Shown here piece by piece: positions 60,953-64,000 of a DNA stretch of 64,000 nucleotides. This DNA is from Anaeramoeba ignava BMAN. Lineage: Eukaryota > Protista > Anaeramoebae. The stretch lies in contig JAPDFW010000070.1 of NCBI GenBank assembly GCA_028826165.1, positions 806,001-870,000 on the forward strand, written 5' to 3'. Below the pieces are notes generated by a model, which made no database searches, was not told the origin of the DNA, and saw only the letters and a program-made list of their open reading frames with translations. Every line of letters begins with the position of its first letter. Position 1 is the first letter of the stretch. The translations under genes and the position numbers were made by a program.

Positions 60953-61798
60953 TTATTTTTTTAAAAATTTTTCTTGATAATAAAGTAATGTTGATTTGGG
61001 ATTAAGTTCAAAATAATCCAAAAAAAATTCAAAATCAAAATCAAATGATTCTCCATGTTTTTGTATATTTTCATTATAATCTTCATCAGTAATTTTATCA
61101 GTATAAAGGAATTTAATGAATAAATTCAATGAATCAAAAGATTTCCCAGAAAAATCTTTTGTTCTGTTTGAATCATCATTAACAGAAATGAACATATTCC
61201 TAAATGTTTGAGATCTTACTTGAAGAATCAACTTATGGGCTTTGATTTCTTTTCCTTCAACTTCAATTGTAAAATCTTTTGTTTCTTCTTGAGTATATAA
61301 TTTTGCTAAGTCTTCGTGAAAATATCTTCTTCTTGGATTTGTTATCCCAATTTCTCCAAGAATAGAAATCCGATCTTCTTCTTTCCTTTCATTTTTATCA
61401 TGAAAATTTTTGTCTTTTTTGGGTTGATCTGGAATTTTTTTAAATGTTCCTGAATAAATCCAAAGGAGTATTCTTTCTTGTTCTTTTTCTGAATATTTCC
61501 TAAGAATATTCTGAAGCTTTTCAGTTGATATCGATAATCGATTTGATAAAATTAATTTATGAACAGGAAAATTAAGGATTTTTGAATCACAAAACTCTTT
61601 TTTTTGAAAAAAATGTTGGAAATCTTGTGCAAATGAAGGACTTGATTCATAATATTTTTTCAAAATATTACTACAATTTTCAATTGGTTTTTTGTGTTGA
61701 TAACTTGATGCAATGAAATTTGCTCCTTTTTCAATTAATATTCTCATCATTTCTTCATTTAGTGATGGATTACTACATAAATAATGTAATGGTGATAG
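60953..61798 (-). CDS. 3' exon of an ankyrin plus tandem BTB protein; 5' exons not identified
   Basis: AG acceptor at ~61800, SPLHYLCSN..RILIEKGAN, FPVHKLILSNRL and KDFTIEVEGKEIKAHKLILQVRS..DYFEL. Confidence 0.75.
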   Translation of the reverse strand, partial: LSPLHYLCSNPSLNEEMMRILIEKGANFIASSYQHKKPIENCSNILKKYYESSPSFAQDFQHFFQKKEFCDSKILNFPVHKLILSNRLSISTEKLQNILRKYSEKEQERILLWIYSGTFKKIPDQPKKDKNFHDKNERKEEDRISILGEIGITNPRRRYFHEDLAKLYTQEETKDFTIEVEGKEIKAHKLILQVRSQTFRNMFISVNDDSNRTKDFSGKSFDSLNLFIKFLYTDKITDEDYNENIQKHGESFDFDFEFFLDYFELNPKSTLLYYQEKFLKK

Positions 61799-63761
61799 CT
61801 AAATAAATAAAAAATATTTATAAAAAAAAATGGAACTAAATTTTTTATATTTGAATATTTATTTACTTCCTTTTTTTTTGAAAAGAAAAATATTTTGAAA
61901 AAAGAAAAAAGATTTAAAAACAAAAAGAGATTTACTTTCTATTTCCAAAAAAAAAACAAAATAAAATTATTTTTGTTTTTGTTCCACTTTTTCTTTTTTT
62001 TTGGGAATTTGAAAAAAAAAAATGAAACAAATGATTACAAACTTTTTTGTTTTTTGAAAAATTATATTCTGATTAGATTCCCTTTTTTTTTTTATATTAA
62101 AATATTATTTAAAAATACTTCCTATTAACAATTTTTTTAGATTAAAATGTCTTTTCTATTATTTTTTTTTCTATTATTTACTGACTAAAAATATCAAAAA
62201 AGAATAAAATAAAATAAAACAAAAAATTTAGAAAAACAAATACATACTATTTTTATTTTTATTTTTATTTTTATTTTTAATTTTAATTTTAATTTTTAAT
62301 TTTTTTTTTTTTTTAATTTTCCTAATAACTATTTTATAAAAAAAAAAACTAACTTCCTAAATTAATTAAAAAAAAATTTTTTTTTCATTCCACTTTTTTC
62401 GTTTTTTTTGTTGATTAAATAATAATAAAAAAAAATACCCACTTTTTATTTTGTTTAAAAAAAAGAATTATTATTTAAATTGAGAAAAAGTTTTTTCAAT
62501 TTTCTTACATACTTTTTATTATTAAAAATTAATTTTTTTAATTAATTAAATAAATTAAAAATTATTACATACTATTTTTTTAAAAATGTAAATTATTTTT
62601 ATGAGGAATTTAAAAATATTTTTTTCCTTTTTCTTTTTTTTTGTTTGTTTTTTTTTAAAGTTATTTACAAACTGAATACTGTTTTAATTATAAATTTAAT
62701 AAAAACTAAAGTTGAATTTCTTTTCTTACAAACTTTTCTCATTATTTAAAATTATTTAAGATTATTTAAGATTATTCAAAATTATTTAAAATTATTTACA
62801 TGCTAAAAATTACAAATTTAAATTAAAAAAATTGATCAGGAAAAAAAAATTTTTTTTTTCTTTTTGGATTACCCACTTTTTTTTAATTAAATATAAATAA
62901 AAATTTAATTTAATTTAATTTAATTTAATTTAATTTACTTTTGTTAAATTAAAATTAAATTTTTTCTCAATTAAAAATTTAATAATTTCAACTGTAATTG
63001 ATTCATTTTCACAAATATAATGAAATGGAGATTTCTAAATAATAATAAACAAAATTAATAAAAAAGAAAAAGGAAATTATTCTATTGAATTTTTGTAAAA
63101 AGAATTAATTTAAAATTACAACCTTTTTCATATTATTTAATATTTATTTTTTGATTAAGGAAAACTTTTCGATTAAAATAATTTACTTCCTTTAATTTTA
63201 AATTTTAAATTTTTTAATTTTTTAATTTTAATTTTAAAAATAAATTTTAAATTTACATTCTCCTTTTTAATAATTTAATAATTTAGTAAAAGAAATTATT
63301 TATGGAAATAATAATTCTTACATGGAAATAAATAAAATTTTCTCCATTTTCAATTAAATATTGAAGGATTTGGAAATTTATTGGTTTTATTTGTGCAAAA
63401 AATTTAAAAAAAGTTTGTTTTGGTTTATCCTTTTGTTTTTTTTAAAAAAATTAAATACTTAATTTATAAATTTGCTTTTCTTTTTTTTTTTTTTTTTACA
63501 TTTTGTAATGTTTCAAATTCATTTCGAAGAATTTTTAATTCCTTTTCAATTTCTTGATCTAAAATTTGTTTATTTTGAAAAATTTTATTTTGAAAAATTT
63601 TTTATTTGGAAAATTTGTTTTTACTTTCATTCGTTTTTGACATTTTTCTTTAAAAAAAAAGAAAAGAAAAAAAAATGAAAAAATTTTTTATTTTTAATTT
63701 TTAATTTTTGATTTTCTTTCCAAATGAGAAAATAAAACAAAAAAAAAACAAACTGAAAAAT

Positions 63762-64000
63762 TTAAAATATTTTTGGGAATAATTCTCGAAATTTTCGAAA
63801 AACATTAATTAAATCTTGATTTAAATTTTCAAATAATCCAATTATCAAAATTTCAATTAAATCTCTAATTGATTGAATTCCAATCGCTTGATGAAATAAA
63901 TTAATAACTTTATCTATTGTTTGAGAATAAATTTGAAAAGATTTATTTTTCATAATTTCTTTTATATTAACTTGAAAATTTGATTGAACTATTCTATAAT
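63762..64000 (-). CDS. Probable 3' end of a gene entering from beyond the window
   Basis: Non-repetitive open frame running up to about the window edge; no recognisable motif. Confidence 0.35.
   Translation of the reverse strand, partial: YRIVQSNFQVNIKEIMKNKSFQIYSQTIDKVINLFHQAIGIQSIRDLIEILIIGLFENLNQDLINVFRKFRELFPKIF

Noticed and set aside
61800-63760. Possible ncRNA or hidden exons in the 2-kb AT-rich stretch
   Set aside because: No tRNA or rRNA structure and no convincing exon could be identified by eye.

Overview
Very AT-rich eukaryotic nuclear DNA with GT-AG spliceosomal introns, the standard genetic code, (CAAAAT)n/poly-NQ coding microsatellites and introns packed with short tandem repeats. 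The style resembles an anaerobic protist such as Anaeramoeba, but this is inference and cannot be verified here. About 18 protein genes or pseudogenes are present: L-type lectin, CCA-adding enzyme, ECM29, two RCC1-BTB paralogs (one broken), an FG-GAP/FN3 surface protein, a cAMP-receptor-like GPCR, an Ariadne RBR E3 ligase, AlaX, importin-alpha, a PH-ankyrin-WD40 protein, CK2-alpha, a CH-RasGAP-PH protein, an NF-YA-like locus, Ras-BTB-BTB and ankyrin-BTB proteins. The standout is a 513-aa intein (25299-26837, minus strand; CLAYGT...VTHN/C). It sits in frame in the catalytic RING2 domain of the intron-containing Ariadne ligase, exactly at the last zinc-ligand Cys. It carries a decayed LAGLIDADG endonuclease and an internal duplication of its Hint block B region. 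All exon models were read by eye.
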